Of a stretch of 53,279 nucleotides of DNA, positions 14,971-28,762 are shown piece after piece. The translations under genes and the position numbers were made by a program. This DNA is from Octopus sinensis (taxonomy: Eukaryota). Below the pieces are notes generated by a model. That model was not told the origin of the DNA. It ran no database searches and was given only the letters and a program-made list of their open reading frames with translations. Every line of letters begins with the position of its first letter. Positions within the stretch are counted from its first letter, which is position 1. The stretch is taken from positions 1 to 53,279 of the forward strand of contig NW_021834357.1 of assembly GCF_006345805.1 (NCBI RefSeq). Reading direction: 5' to 3'.

Positions 14971-17735
14971 GCACAACAACCCAGCTCTGGCATAGATCTT
15001 ATCGTAAATTTATGAACCAATGCGATTGGTGGAACTGTAAAAGCGGGTGTGAACTTGTCTGACAGGTTTAATTATTGGAAAGAGATGGTTTGATATTGTC
15101 ACACAATAATTAGCAAAATATTTTGAATAATGAGAGACACGTGTAAAGTGAAATGATTCCTGTTTCTGGATATATTATGATATATTTATTTAATAATGTT
15201 GTTATTTAATTTTCTTTGTTATTCTTGGGAAACTGTTTTAATATTCAGTGTGGGAAGTATTTCGTTCAACAGAAGAATACACAGACACACACACACAAAC
15301 TAACAAACACACAGACAAACTCTGACACACATACTCACACTCACACATAGACACACACAATGACACACACACTCACACACACACACACTCACACACACAC
15401 ACACTCACACACACACACACTCACACACTGTTTTAATATCCAGAGTGGGAAGTATTTCGTTCAACCCACACAGTAATCGCAAGACTTAATCTAATGAAGT
15501 CCGCTGTTCGGATTGGATTCTTCACAACAAGCGTTAATCGGATTAGAAAAGTTTTATGTGAATATCAAAATCAAAACCTTCCAATTCCCACCCACCCATA
15601 CATATATATATATACATATATACATACATACATACATACATACACACATACATACACACATACATACACAGATACTTACATATATACCTACATACAGACA
15701 TACCCCAATACATACATACATGCATACATACACACTCACGTACGTACATACGTATATACATACATACATACATACCCCCATACATTCATATATACATACA
15801 TACACTCATACATACACACATATATACACACATACTTACATACACACATACATACATACAAACATACATACATACATACACACACACACATACATACATA
15901 CATGCATACATACACACATACTTACATATATATATACATACATTCCCCCATACATACATACATGCATTCATATACACTCACATACATACATACATATATA
16001 CATACATACATACATACCCCCATACATATATACATACATACACACACATATATACATACATACACACATACATACACACATACATACAAACATACATACA
16101 TACATACACACATACATACATACACACATACTTACATATATACATACACACATACATACCCCCATACATACATATATACATACATAGACTCTTACATACA
16201 CACACACTTACATAAACACATACATACATACATGCTTACATATATACGTACATACATACATACCCCCATACATACATATACACATACATACACACACACA
16301 TACATACAAACATACATACATACACACACACATACATACATACATACATACATACTTTCATACATACATACATACATGCATGCATATATGTATACTTACA
16401 TGTATGTATGCACACATGTATGCACGCATGTAGGTATGAATGTAAGCATGTATATATCGATAGACATATATACACATACATACATACATATATACATACA
16501 TACTCACATCCATATATACATACATACATACATTCATACTTGGTGGCTGCCCCCTCATTATCGAGCATGACCATTGCTCGGTGCTTAATCAATGTTGTTA
16601 TCGTGCAATGCCTGTGCATGAAGATTTTTTTAAAGCGAGGAAAGGCTGTGCACTGAGTCAATCCCAGTCACTAATCAACAGCAGCCATAATCCGAAAAGA
16701 AGAATAAGTCAACATCATCGGTAACCACTGAGCCGCAGGTTTTATGTCGGAGTTATCCCAGTTACCTGAGTTACCCTCTCCTAGAAGGATGCCCTAACAA
16801 AGGCTAGGAGTCCTTTCTTCGAGTCTGGTATGTTTACGTAGATGAGTGAAAGAAATCGTCGTATTTGATGATCTCTGCTGTCGAAATGAGGCAATTTTTC
16901 TGGTTGATTTCATTTCTTATTCTTGTATATCAGCGTTTAGTATATGATGTGTATGTTGTGTGCATAGAGTTTCATTTTGTATCTTATTTTGAAGAGAGGT
17001 GGGAATTTTGTGATATAGATTTAGGTTGGCAGGACCAATACTCATTTAATATGTCTTTTGAAGGATTGATCGTGTAAATTCCACATTCTCAGAAAGCTTA
17101 AATTGAACATTTTGTGATATTTCTAAAGTAGACGATAAATAGGTTTTATAAGATATTGGGTATGAAAGGAACAGGAAGCTTTCCTGATTAATAACGGCAA
17201 ATAGAATGGATTGTGTGGAAGTATCTGGTTGTTGTTGAAAGAATCAGTTAAGTTCCGTGCTAAGTAATGTAGCGGTTCATGGCTCCTTGTCAGAATCCGA
17301 TTTGTAATTTGAAGACCAAGATGTCTGAGATAGTAGCGTCGAGTATTAGATTTTCTAAGGCTGTGCATGAAAAGCTGATATAATTCTATGGTGGTACTTT
17401 ATTTGGGGTTTGTTGAATCATGAGACAGAATACAAAATACTGTTAAACAATAACATTTTATTTCAACGATAAGTTTGATAAACTGAAATCTTACAAATGT
17501 TTTCTAGAATAATTCGACAGATTTATATTTTCTTGTGTTTGAGGATATTTCTGGATTTCTGGCATTCTACGTCGCCTCTTTTGTATTGTTTGAATATCTT
17601 CTGTAAACTAGTACAACAGTTTATTGTAACGATAGACATACTTTAAAGAAAATATTAGGTAAAACAATTAAAATTTTATGTTATTTCTTTTAAGTCACAG
17701 ACATATTTTCATATGGAACCGAATTTAGTTTCTAT

Positions 17736-18233
17736 TCAATATTTACTGCACACAACGCAGGTTAATTCTTGACCATTGACATACGGTGGACATGGCAATG
17801 AACCACAAGCAGCCTGAACGAAATATAAAACAGCTCCATCTTCGTTTCTGTAACCTGCTGGATCAGCTTCTGGTGCATAGTCCACACACACAAATTCTTG
17901 TCTGCCCTTGTCAATATTATGTGCGGTCATCAAATATCCCGAATACTCAGCTGTCCAACCAGAGTAACACTTTGTCCTGGCTGGTAACATCATAACAACA
18001 GCAGGTTGTCGTGTCAAACAGACAGCGCACGGAACGTTGTGATCATGAATTGATTCAGCGTTAGCAAAAGAAAAGAGTTTATGAGTTGGGTATCCTGTAG
18101 TTGATATTCACTGCCATAAATGTGACCACCTGCTTCATCTTTTGTAGTATAATTGGCCCAAATGGGATCGTTGGGTAGACATAATAGATTACTTCCGCCA
18201 CCATTATGGGAATAAAATTGTCCACCACCACAC
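17736..18233 (-). pseudogene. Copy B exon 4, C4-like domain with two single-base deletions
   Basis: Acceptor ctag|GT at 18234/18233. GTGGTG replaces GTGGTTG near 18227, and a second missing base lies near 18092. Restored sequence: GVVGGQFYSHNGGGSNLLCLPNDPIWANYTTKDEAGGHIYGSEYQLQDYPTHKLF...TCVVCSKY. Confidence 0.8.
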
Positions 18234-18472
18234 CTAGAATTGGCAAGAATAAATCAAGTAAAAAGATGTTAAGCAAAATTATATATGAAATAACGGAAAC
18301 ATTTACAATTTTTCACTTGAAAGAAGTCATGTTTACTCACGTGTCAACGAATTGTGGTGTATATATGTTAGTGTTTATGTGAATGTAAACTGTGTGATGC
18401 TGAATGCTTCAGATCGTAGCTGTGCATTTGCTTTCTCATCATATGTATACATATATATATATATATACATAT

Positions 18473-18885
18473 ACTCTTTTTTTTCTTTTACTTGTTTCCG
18501 TCATTTGACAGCGGCCATGCTGGAGCACCGCCTTTAGTTGAGCATATCGACCCCGGGACTTCTGCTTTGTAAGCCCAGTACTTATTCTATCGACCTCTAT
18601 TTGCCGAACCGCTATGTGACGAGGACATAAACACACCAGCATTTTTTGTCAAGCGATGGTGGTGGGACAAACACAGACACACAAACATATACACACACAT
18701 ACAAATATATATATATGTATTCGACAGGCTTCTTTCAGTTTCCGTCTACCAAATCCACTCACATGGCATTGGTCGGCCCGAGGTTATAGCAGAAGACACG
18801 TGCCCAAGATGCCACGCATTGGGACTGAACCCGGAACCATGTGGTTGGTAAGCAAGCTACTTACTACACAGCCACTCCTGCGCCT
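18473..18885 (-). mobile_element. Full-length tRNA-derived SINE, second family, copy B only
   Basis: aggcgcaggagTGGCTGTGTAGtaag...gGTTCAGTCCC head, internal (TG)n, and a 3' body ending aaacaagtaaaagaa. Flanked by (TA)n. Confidence 0.8.
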
Positions 18886-19079
18886 ATAAATATATATATG
18901 TATATATATGTTGTGTGTATACGGGTACCTATTTGTGGTTACGACGTGGATTATTATGTATGTTTGCATGGGGTAGGTGTCTTTCGGTGGATGTCACCAG
19001 ATGGAGAAAAAGAAAGATATTTTATAACGCATGCACTCGTGTTTATCCAAAATAGAAACGATGTTAACGTGTGAACGGG

Positions 19080-19640
19080 GATATTTTGGGTTGTGGAAAG
19101 TGTAGGATGTTTGAGTAGGACAATACGGGAGACGACGAGATGCAGAGAAGTGGTGGGTAACCGTCGATGAAATGTTGTTTAGTCGATCAAACGAGAGTCA
19201 GTGGCTAAACCTCTCGTTTAGACTCGGACGAATCAGGCTTACATAGACGTTATGATCACACAGACTTTTTTTCATGCAATACACAGAAGCGAGGTGGGAG
19301 GAAAAATTGTGAGGTTCAGTGATGGCGTAGTTCTAAAGATGAATGGACGGCGGAGTGGGCGACCGATAAAGGATACGTGTAGGGTTTATAGAGAGAAGAT
19401 TCGGAGCACTTTCAGGGATTGTGAGGTTGATTGGGGAAGAGGTTTGTAGCAGCAGTTTTGAATTGGAAGTTTCGGAATTACCTTACAAAGATATACTGGA
19501 TAATTAATGAGGTGATGTGGTGCATGAAAAGAGCAAGATTTAGCGATAAGACGATTTCGGTGAGGCGGAGAAGAATAGAAGTGCATTCTGTACTCTGTTG
19601 TGTTCTCTCACTAATATTTAGTCCTCTCTATATTTTACTT
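19080..19640 (-). mobile_element. Possible highly decayed GIY-YIG/Penelope-like remnant in intron 3
   Basis: Minus frame at 19201-19290 reads VYCMKKSLCDHNVYVSLIRPSLNERFSH, resembling VYxxxCxxCxxxYVGxTxRxLxERFxxH. The segment is missing in copies A and D. Confidence 0.3.
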
Positions 19641-20279
19641 AATGAATACAGTCCTTAGCTTTTTCCATCAGTTACAGTATGTGGCTTGTCCAGTCCTCAT
19701 TCTACATTGTGCTTTCATTCCATTAACCATTTACAGTCACTGTCATCAATTCTAATAGACTCTTTTCAATTTAGCCCACACCTACGATCATTGGGCTCTC
19801 TAGTTAAAGATAGTCAAGTGGCCACTTTTCAGCTCATGTCACTCACGTACAATACCACCATCCGTAGCCATTACACTTGATCACCGTCAGCAGCCTCGGT
19901 ATTTGATATCTACATTCCATACAAGTCAGCCAGGAGTCCTTGATCGCTATACTGGATTCCCGTCTAGTCCTATCTATAACTTAACGTAGAGATATCTATA
20001 TTCTGTAGTTAGACAACCGCCTTTCACTTGGTCCGTAGTAGACAACATTTAAAATTCTGATTTGACCAAATACCTACAAAGGAGTAAGCAGTCTTGTGTA
20101 GACTCTATATATCGTTTCAAACGTGATATGTCATCAAATGATTTGCTTGAGTGTGTGGGCGTGTGCGTGAGAGAGACGGGGAGGGAGAGAGACGACAGAA
20201 AGAGAAAATGAAGGAATAAAAAGAGAAGAAGAGAAAGATAAAGAGAGAAAGAGAGAACAGAAGTATAGTTTATACTAAC

Positions 20280-20354
20280 CGTCATATACAAGGCTTGAAT
20301 TAGTAGGACAAGTAGTTCTGCCCCACCGAGTATACAATGATCCGAGACCGGGTT
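20280..20354 (-). CDS. Copy B exon 3, (K)PGLGSLYTRWGRTTCPTNSSLVYD(G)
   Basis: 75 nt, tttcacag acceptor, GTTAGT donor, open frame. Confidence 0.85.
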
Positions 20355-20949
20355 CTGTGAAATTAAAATGAAACAATTTAGTTTAAAAGAAAGATTTCTT
20401 GAATCCTATACAAAGGAAGTTGTTGGCTTGGAAGGAATTGATAGAGAGGAGAGAAATTTAGAATTTAAGAGAAAAAGAATGAGTGAATGAATGAAAATCA
20501 GAATGAAAGAAGTAAATGATTCGCTAAGAATAAATTTTAAACGAAGAAAATAAGTCATTTGTCTATTGAGCCTGTTGTTGACGTTGATGTCAACGAATTG
20601 AGAGATTAATCTCAGAATATCAGAAAGTGCATTTGTCTCCCTATGAAAGGATGTTTGTTTTGTTGTTGAACTTGGATGTGAGTATATATATAATGTGACC
20701 GTAATAATGATAAAGTCTTTTTAGATATGTAGCCATATTATCAATTCTTGGTACTGGATTGTTCAATTACAAATATCAGCTTAATGTTTGGCGCGAATCA
20801 GGCCATCATAGCTACAATATGCAAAGGGCTCGAAGGAATAGCCATAACGCGTCATTCATCGAGAGGGATAACAACATTTGCGTCCGGATCTTGATGAAGG
20901 AGTCCATTTGGGAAATATTTTTCAGTCTCCACCACTCAAATTGGGATGC

Positions 20950-22720
20950 ATGGGAAGGGAGTACAAAATATGTGTGTTCCATGACCCCGAAGCCGGTCTA
21001 GAAGGGATCATCCGTTCATAATTGAGAATTAGACTGTCAAAACCGGACGAGACAAAACGTTGCCTGTTATATATAATCAGTCTCCTCAAGAAAGCTTCAT
21101 TGCTTCGGAGGCGCACACTTGGAATTAGGTTGGAAACTCCACCGTGCAGGTGTGGTGCCAACTATGTCTGCATAGGCGGAAGTGGGATGCTCACAATCCC
21201 TGGCTTTCGGATTGGATTATGAAGTGAATCCCACTAGGTATTAAGGGATATCTCCTGAAGCTCAAGCAGAATGAAGGAGTGATGTAGCTGCTGGAAGTAA
21301 ATGCACCCAATAGCGAGGTCAAATACAAATGCTTCCTTAACAAAGTCACTGCAGCTTTGGATATATTTGGGGTAAAGTCATTTGTCTTACAAGGAGACTT
21401 CCGTGCACACTTTGGCGCTGATAACCGCAAGAAGTATTGATTGGGTGGAATGGCGTCACACACCTCAATGTGGTGGCCATACTAGTCTTCTGGACTCTCT
21501 ATGATATCGTTTTAAGACGTTTGTTTATAAGGGTACTTGGAAGAGAAATGCTTAGTGACAGAAATTCTTGATAGATGTTGTTGTCGTCTCAGTCCTCTTT
21601 GAGTCTGTGCTGGACGTTCGGGCTATAAGTAGTGGGGAGAGTTGTCAACTGACCACTACCAAGATGTCTGAAACCGGAAGATGCCTACAGTTGGGAGAAC
21701 CTAGTAAATTGGTAAGTCCAGTGCGACCTACAGAATAAAGTTGAAAGCAGTTGTGGATGATGGAATAAGAAACAAAATTGTGGATAATATTGCATCCAAA
21801 TTGAGAGAGACCCACATGAATAAACTTGGGCATCGAAATCGATTAGTGATTGTATAATTTTTGTCGAACTAAAGTCACTGAAAAGTGATAAAGCTGCTGG
21901 AGAGAAATACGTTCGTCTTGATAATTTTAAACCCTTAAATACTCAGGGTATTCCTTGAGTGACCCGTGTATGCTAGGTGGAATGGGGCATCAGGGAAAAC
22001 ACGAGTGCAATGTCAATCCGGGCTAATAACCACAGATTTTATTAAGACAAAGTCTACACTACATGTCTAGAAATATTACGTAGAGAAATGGTCGCGCCCA
22101 AGATTACTGTCCTGGACGCAGTACACCCACCACCAGATATTCGTTCAAAGGCAGATCTTCGAGAAATGTTGAAATATTCCAAGGGGAATACGCTGTAGAC
22201 CACGTGCTGTGGGGCATGTTGCGGATGGTTTTCAGGAAGGTGAAATTATTGGGCAAGTACTTTTTATCGTAAATTACTCGTAAAATGTTGTATTTGTGCA
22301 AAAGCCGAATGTTTTCAACATGGAGTTTGGACTTCGATAGAAGAGTGCATTGTTAGTGCTTTTCACATTTCTTATGATCTGGTTGATCAAGGCTCAGCCA
22401 TTTTAGAAGAAGTATCTCATTTCGTCTGTATGGGGTCGGTCGACTGCTATTTGCAGACGACATGATGCTATCTGACTCGTGTCATGTTCACTTTCGACAC
22501 GCATTGAATGGGTTGGCTGCCGAGTGCTCCAAGGCAGGGATGACTAACACACACTCTGCAGGAAAGTGGAACATCGTTACTTCGGGAATCTATTCACGAG
22601 TGATTGGAAGCACAAGACTGAACAGATTGCTAAATTCTAGATATAAACGCATTGATGCGCTAGGTCGGGCATTCGATTCTCAGACGAACAATGGTTGGTA
22701 CACTTATCGACGTAGCGCTG
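20950..22720 (+). mobile_element. Decayed LINE, divergent copy-B paralog
   Basis: GDFRAHFG and LLFADDM remnants, collinear with 8490-10390. Confidence 0.65.
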
Positions 22721-23044
22721 CACACACACACACACACACACACTCATATACACACAATTAATGTCATAGTATAACAGAGTAAAATTTTATTAAGGAAATT
22801 ATTGTAAAAAAATGTATTTTAAAAAGATTTAGACTAGTGTCTTAGTATATATTACTGAAGAAATATGGATAGTGATGTAGAGTCAATTCAACTTTGGTGA
22901 AATTATAAATCGTTAAGGAGACACGGGTGAATGACTTTAGCTAAACACTGTAGAACTGGAAGCTGGATACTTTATAATATTTAATCTCATTCCTGAACAT
23001 TTCTTCAAAGTTATTGTCTTATACAATATAAAATTAGTTCTTAC

Positions 23045-23078
23045 TTGGGGTGTCATCAGGTTTATCGTCGCAAGATTT
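23045..23078 (-). CDS. Copy B short exon 2, KSCDDKPDDTP
   Basis: 34 nt, tttttcccacag acceptor, GTAAGA donor, phase 0-1. It is 18 nt shorter than the paralogous exon 2. Confidence 0.7.
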
Positions 23079-23904
23079 CTGTGGGAAAAAGAAAGTATTT
23101 ATTATCGTTTAGAACTGAAAAAAGAATGCAATATATGACAACATTTTCGGACAGCATTTTATGAAGATGTGGGTGACGTCGACATTGTCCATTCTACCAA
23201 ATCTATTATATCGTGTTACATCTTGGAGGTTGCTGGAACTGCATGCCTTTCTGTGAATCTGGTATTTCATTATTTCATGCTTGTATATGGCAAAGCATAC
23301 ACATTACATAAACAGCTAATATCCCTGTTCATTGTCAAGAGTAGACTAATTTTGCTATCTAAAATCGCTGGTACTTTGAAGATTACTAGAAACGTAGACT
23401 TGTGCATTCTGCTGACGTACAAGAAAGTCCGACGCCAACCTTTCATGTACGGCGTCCTAATCCGCTGTAGGACTATTCCACTGCGTCCTTAGGAGAATCT
23501 GTCAAGGCAATATGATGCAATAATTAAAAGTAGTTTGAATTGATGTAAAAGCTCTATCGCCTTGATATTGTTTAGTATAGTTATCCATCATGATCACTGA
23601 AGAGTCGGGCATTTCTAGCACTGGTGAATAATATTCCGGATTGAAGCTCGAAGGTCAATATATTATTTGGCGTTCAATGGAATATCACAAACGTTTGCAA
23701 GAAAAATCTTTGGGAACATATATCGTAGGTTATAAATTGACTGCATACGAAAGAGAGGAGGATTAAATATTTTGTACACGGGTGCTATATAAACTGGTTA
23801 TTCACTCCTTAAAATAGTGGCATATGTAGATGTATAAATGGAAGTGTATAAAAATTTATATATATATATATTACATATATATAACATGTTTGTGTGTATG
23901 TGTT

Positions 23905-23971
<67 letters not shown>

Positions 23972-24014
23972 TATAATATATATGTAGACATGTATACATA
24001 TGTATATATATTTA

Positions 24015-24582
24015 TATTGGGTGCCTGGAAAGTTCATGCCGATTTTTAAAGGAAAATAAGGGCCAATAATACTTGCCATTGCATTTTTAATCAACCAAAT
24101 ATGAACCATTTTGTTGCACTATGCTTCTCCATCTTTCCTTTAACTTGAAAATACCCTCTTTCCAAAATTGTAGTGGTTTCATGGCAAAGAATTCATCGAG
24201 GTATCTTTTTACGTCATTCAAGGAATTGAAATTTTTACCATTAAGACTATTCTGCAGAGGCCTGAATAAGTGGAAATCCGAAGGTGCAATATCTTGCAAA
24301 TATGGAGGGATGGACTAACACATGCCAGCCGTGCTGCAGCAATTTTTGTCTGGTTTCCAAAGCATCAAGTGCCGAAAAGTAACTTTCTTATCTTGCCTTT
24401 TCAAGTGTTACAAAATTAACACAGGTTATAGGAACATAAACCTTCTTACACGAAAAGATAGCTTAAACTGCGCTCTAAATGGAGGTGGAGTTAAATTCTA
24501 TTTTATGAACTCAACCATGTTCTAAAATAAGTCGAAATTTAAGCAACCATATATCAGCAATAAATTTCCGGAAAACCCAATA
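24015..24582 (-). mobile_element. Internally deleted mariner transposon
   Basis: DIAPSDFHLF...FWKEGIFKLKERW is the mariner C-terminus. Terminal inverted repeats are tattgggtgcctggaaa and tttccggaaaacccaata, with TA ends. Confidence 0.85.
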
Positions 24583-24599
24583 GGTTGACGGGTATTTCT

Positions 24600-24606
24600 A
24601 TATCTG

Positions 24607-24638
<32 letters not shown>

Positions 24639-24643
24639 CCTAC

Positions 24644-24713
<70 letters not shown>

Positions 24714-24715
24714 CA

Positions 24716-24751
<36 letters not shown>

Positions 24752-24765
24752 GTTTGTATGTCAGT

Positions 24766-24847
<82 letters not shown>

Positions 24848-25060
24848 GTCTGTCTGTCTGTCTATCTACCTGTCTATCTATCTATCTATCTATCTATCTA
24901 TTTATCTACATATCTATCTATCTATCTATCTATCCATCTATCTATCTATCTATCTATCTGTCTGTCTGTCTATCTACCTGTCTGTCTATCTATCTATCTA
25001 TCTATCCACCTATCTATCTATCTATCTATCTATCTAAACTTTCTGTCTGTCTGTCTGTCT
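24600..25060. repeat. (CTAT)n/(CTGT)n microsatellite
   Basis: Direct inspection. Confidence 0.95.
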
Positions 25061-25089
25061 TTCTATCTGCAAATCTACCAATCCATACT

Positions 25090-25456
25090 CACACATATTC
25101 ACACACACGCACACATACATAATACATACACACATATTTACACACATGCACACACACATAATACATACACACATATTTACACACACGCACACATACATAA
25201 TACATACACACATATTTACACACACGCACACACACATAATACATACACACATATTTACACACACGCACACATACATAATACACACACACATATTTACACA
25301 CACGCACACACACATATTTACACACACGCACACATACATAATACAGACACACATATTTACACACACGCACACATACATAATACACACACACATATTTACA
25401 CACAAGCACACATACATAATACATACACACATATTTACACACACGCACACATACAT
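25090..25456. repeat. 39-bp minisatellite, about 9 units
   Basis: The unit acatatttacacacacgcacacatacataatacatacac gives the 13-aa periodicity seen in the ORF track. Confidence 0.8.
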
Positions 25457-25508
25457 ACCTAAATAAATACATGCATACAGACATACATATGTTAACACAA
25501 AATCCATG

Positions 25509-25524
25509 ACTTACCGTTTTTGAT
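25509..25524 (-). pseudogene. Remnant of copy B exon 1 (last ~10 nt plus donor) at the deletion junction
   Basis: acacaaaatccatgacttaccgttttt matches the exon1/intron1 boundary at 14701-14727. The sequence then switches abruptly to ggagcac..ttgacggtctcagga, which is intron-2 sequence (cf. 8497, 43315). Confidence 0.8.
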
Positions 25525-27500
25525 GGAGCACAATATTGACGGTCTCAGGACAACAAAGCAGATCAAGAAGGGACCTTTAATAATTGAGAATTAAAACGTC
25601 AAAATGTTAGATTAATCTGCCTGTAAGATATAATCGGTGTCTCCTCTACAAAATTTCGTTTCTCCGATAGCGTACAACCTGGTATAGGCTTGAAACTCCA
25701 CTACGCAAACTGTGGTGCCAGCAATGTCTGCACAGGTGGGATTAGGATACTTTCAATCCACAGCTTTCGGATTGATTATGGGGTGAAACCTCCTAGGTGT
25801 GAGGGTTCACCTCTTGAAACTAAGGCTGAATATGAAGGACCACTCTGTCTGCTGTAAGTATATGCAGCAAACAGCTGGGTCAAATACAAATCCTTCCTAA
25901 GCAAATTCACCTCATCTTTAGATATATTTGGAGTAAAGTCATTTGTCCTGCAAGGAGACTTCAGTGCACACCTTGGCACTGATAACCGTGAGAAGGATTG
26001 ATTGGAAGGAATGTCGTCAGTGAACTTAATTGAGTGGTCATAGCAGCATTCAGTGCAGGATACACACTCTCCTCTCTATGGTATAGATATTATTTTAAGA
26101 CAGGGATATTTATAAGGGTGCCTGATATAGAAATACTTCGTGACAGAGGTTTTTGATAGAGTTCGGTCATCTTTCACTCTTTTCTGAACGTTCAGGTAAA
26201 AGATGAAGTGGAGTTGTCACCTCGTCACTACCTAAATGTCTGAAAACCTGAAAATTCCTACAGTCTGCCGAACACTGGAAATTGGTAAGTCCAGTGCGAC
26301 CTACAGAATACAGTTGGAAGCCGCTGTGGATGCTGGGATCAGAAACAAATATGTGGAGACTTTTGCATCCAAATTGAGAGTGACCCGCCTGAATGAAGTT
26401 GGACATCGAAATGGATTCGTGATTTTTTTATATTTTTCGGCAGGTTCTTCTTCGGTTGAACTCTTATTTGAGCTAATCTCACTTAAAAGTGATAAACCTG
26501 GTGGTGAAAAGCACGTTCGGCTTGACATTTTAGAAACCTTAAATACAGATGGTATTCTCTGAGTGACCCATGTACGCTAGGTGGATAGGACCTCTGGAAA
26601 AAACATCATGGCAATGGTAATATGGAGTGACAATTACAAATGTTTTCAAACAGAGATCAAACAGTGTGTTTTAATTATAGAAAAGTCTATTCTAGATGTC
26701 AGGAAAAGATAAGCAGGGAAATTGTCGTGCCCAAGATTAATGTCCGGGACGCGGAGCACCCGACAAGAGAGTCGTTCAAAACAGATATTCGATCAAACGT
26801 TGAAGAATTTCCAAGAGGAATACGCTTTAAACCACGAAAAGGCACACGATCACGTGCCGTGGGGCATGATGCGGATGGTTTATCAGGAAGGTGACTTTAA
26901 TGGGTAAATACTGGTTCCCATAAAGTACTTATATGGATGTTCAAATGATTGTATTTATGTAAAAGTCGAAAGTTTACAACGTGAAGGTTTCACTTAGTTG
27001 AAGTGTGCATTGTTAGTGCCCCTTCTCACATTCTTTTTTGTGATCTGGTTGAATATGCGCAGCCATTGTTGTAGAGGTATCCCAATTCATCTCTACGTGA
27101 TCGGTCGACTGTTATTTGTAGACGACATGCTGCTACCTAATTCGTCTGATGGTCACCAACAACGTGCACCTAATGGGTTGGCTGCTGAGTACCACAAGGC
27201 AGGATTGACAAATACGCACTGTGTAGGAAAGTGGAACATCATTATTTCGGGTCTCTATTCACGAATGATTGGAAGCACAAGAGTGGACAGACTGCTGAAT
27301 TGTAGATATAAACGCAGTGAAGCGCCAGCTCGGGCATTTGATTCTCAGATGAAGAGGGCATTCCATGCTTTTCGTTTGCAAGCTGGTGGGGCTCGCTCTG
27401 AGCACTCTAATTTTTTCACATTGAACGTACCGGCCGCCTCGGACACTCGGGGAAGAGCACCCTCAGAGGAACCGTGCGGGCCGAAACAATTCTCGACGTA
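25525..27500 (+). mobile_element. Decayed LINE, copy-C paralog
   Basis: Near-identical to 8497-10390. Confidence 0.7.
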
Positions 27501-27738
27501 GCACTGCATATGTACTCATATACACTCAATAAATGGCATAGTATATTAGAGTAACATTTTATTAAGGAAATTATTGTAAAGTAGAACTTATCTTGAAATA
27601 AATTCAGGCAACTGTCTTAGTATATATTATTGTGGACTAATGGATAGTAATGTGGAACTAATTCAAAGTTGGTGTAATTATAATTCATTAGTTAATGAGA
27701 CACGGGTAAAAGACTTTAGCCATAAAATCAGTTCTTAC

Positions 27739-27790
27739 TTGGTGTGTCATCAGGTTTATCGTCGAGAGATTTCTTGGAGATGAAACGGTT
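27739..27790 (-). CDS. Copy C exon 2, NRFISKKSLDDKPDDTP
   Basis: 52 nt with canonical AG/GT, identical in frame to copies A and D. Confidence 0.75.
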
Positions 27791-28727
27791 CTGTGAAAAA
27801 ATAGAAATAACATCATATAAATAGAACTTCAGGGTATTTATTATCGTTTAGAACTTAAAACAATGCAATAAATAACAATATATTCGGACAGGTATCATTG
27901 CCAACACTACCATCTCAACCCCTAAGGAATCTTCTAGAAGGCGCTTCCATCCAGTCAAAGGATTTTCTGAACAATATCACACAACAACTCTGCATTTCAA
28001 ATGACATCGTTTGGTGAATCTAAGAAGATAGATAAACATGAATTTACGCCGACGTCAAAGTTCAGGGCAAGTCTATCCCCTCATTGGTTCCCTGGTACCC
28101 GCGAATGAACAACCACAGTTCCTCCAATTTACTCTATGAGGGATGTGGACAACAAACCCGACGTGAAGTCTCAGAATTTCCGATGATGGGCCGTGTTAGA
28201 CACAGCGCACACTGCTGCAAAGGAGAGTATATCCACTGACAGCTTTTCGGTGCGTTCAAAAATCACACAAACCCCATCTCCAATTTTGCATGACATGTTA
28301 GGGCCTGAAACACTCCAAACGGACGCATAGCATGTTGCTTAGTCGAGTTAGCCCAGCATTTACTCTACAAATGTTTTGTTGTCAATGTTGCACTTTCCCA
28401 TATCACCTTTTCAAAATGACTGGAATATATTATATACCACTTTGCCATTTTAATCATTAGCAAGCCGGGTAATTCTACTAGTACACACGTACCACAGACA
28501 CAACACAGACACACACACATACAGACATATACACACACATATTTCTACATATAATATATATTATATTTAATATATATATATATATTTATATATATATATA
28601 AACACACACACATGTATATATATAGTTAAATTTAATCCAAATAGAAAGCACAAAAAAACACAACAACGCAAGGACGTGGAACAAAGATTGTATTATTGGA
28701 CGCTCAGGAAAGAAGGAAAGAAGGAGG

Positions 28728-28762
28728 GTATAACGTTTCGAGCGGAACTCTTCGTCGGAAAC
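28728..28762 (-). ncRNA. Minimal hammerhead-like motif in a probable Penelope pLTR remnant (paralogs 11555-11588, 48761-48795)
   Basis: gttt-CCGACGA-a-gag-ttccg-ctc-GAAA-cgt-TA-(t/a)ac: U4C core variant with a palindromic AACGTT stem III. Confidence 0.4.

Noticed and set aside
25090-25456. Regular repeats resembling a CRISPR array
   Set aside because: There are no unique spacers and no cas genes, and the context is eukaryotic. It is a minisatellite.
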